Shown: one piece after another, positions 63,897 to 64,000 of the stretch
Layout: the number at the start of each line of letters is the position of its first letter
Numbering within the stretch: position 1 is the stretch's first letter
From: Octopus sinensis
Lineage: Eukaryota
NCBI RefSeq assembly: GCF_006345805.1
Contig: NC_043001.1
Span: forward strand, 47,368,001 to 47,432,000
DNA length: 64,000 bases
Reading direction: 5' to 3'
Notes under the pieces: model-generated
Databases searched by the model: none
The model's input: only the letters and a program-made list of their open reading frames with translations
Told to the model about the DNA's origin: nothing
Made by a program: the position numbers and the translations under genes

Positions 63897-64000
63897 CTAG
63901 CAGTATCGCCCGGCGTTGCTCAGGTTTGTAAGGGAAATAACTATAAAGCATTTTTAGAGAGTTATAGCCAAAAAATAGCAAAAAAATGGAAAAAAATTAT
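63897..64000 (-). mobile_element. Helitron 3' terminus (element runs off the window)
   Basis: Minus strand CCTGAGCAACGCCGGG hairpin-like motif, then CGATACTG-CTAG-T. Confidence 0.7.

Overview
Strongly AT-rich eukaryotic DNA, most likely intronic or intergenic cephalopod (Octopus-like) sequence. That assignment rests on my recollection of the SINE families and is not verified. There is no operon, rRNA, true tRNA or CRISPR array, and no complete protein-coding gene. Most ORFs in the track are microsatellite read-throughs. The window is a mosaic of microsatellites, three tRNA-head SINE families, one unclassified repeat family, decayed Tc1/mariner, pogo/Tigger and Helitron DNA elements, and 3' remnants of RTE, R4/Dong-like, Tx1/L1-like and Penelope-like retroelements. 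Two phase-compatible + strand micro-exons (10684-10744 and 16023-16087) may belong to a host gene with a calponin-homology domain. The most interesting observations are: (1) eight copies of a Penelope-type minimal hammerhead-ribozyme fold with recurrent non-canonical cores; (2) an ~890 bp quasi-palindrome with a 30 bp spacer; (3) a SINE trimer flanked by one 16 bp TSD, whose internal tail matches the 3' end of a Tx1/L1-like LINE in the same window; (4) a near full-length Tc1 with DD36E spacing; (5) R4/Dong-like 3' ends stacked in (TAA)n tracts; (6) a head-to-tail Helitron dimer. I found no clearly new multi-gene system; the candidates for novelty are RNA-structural and mobile-element features.
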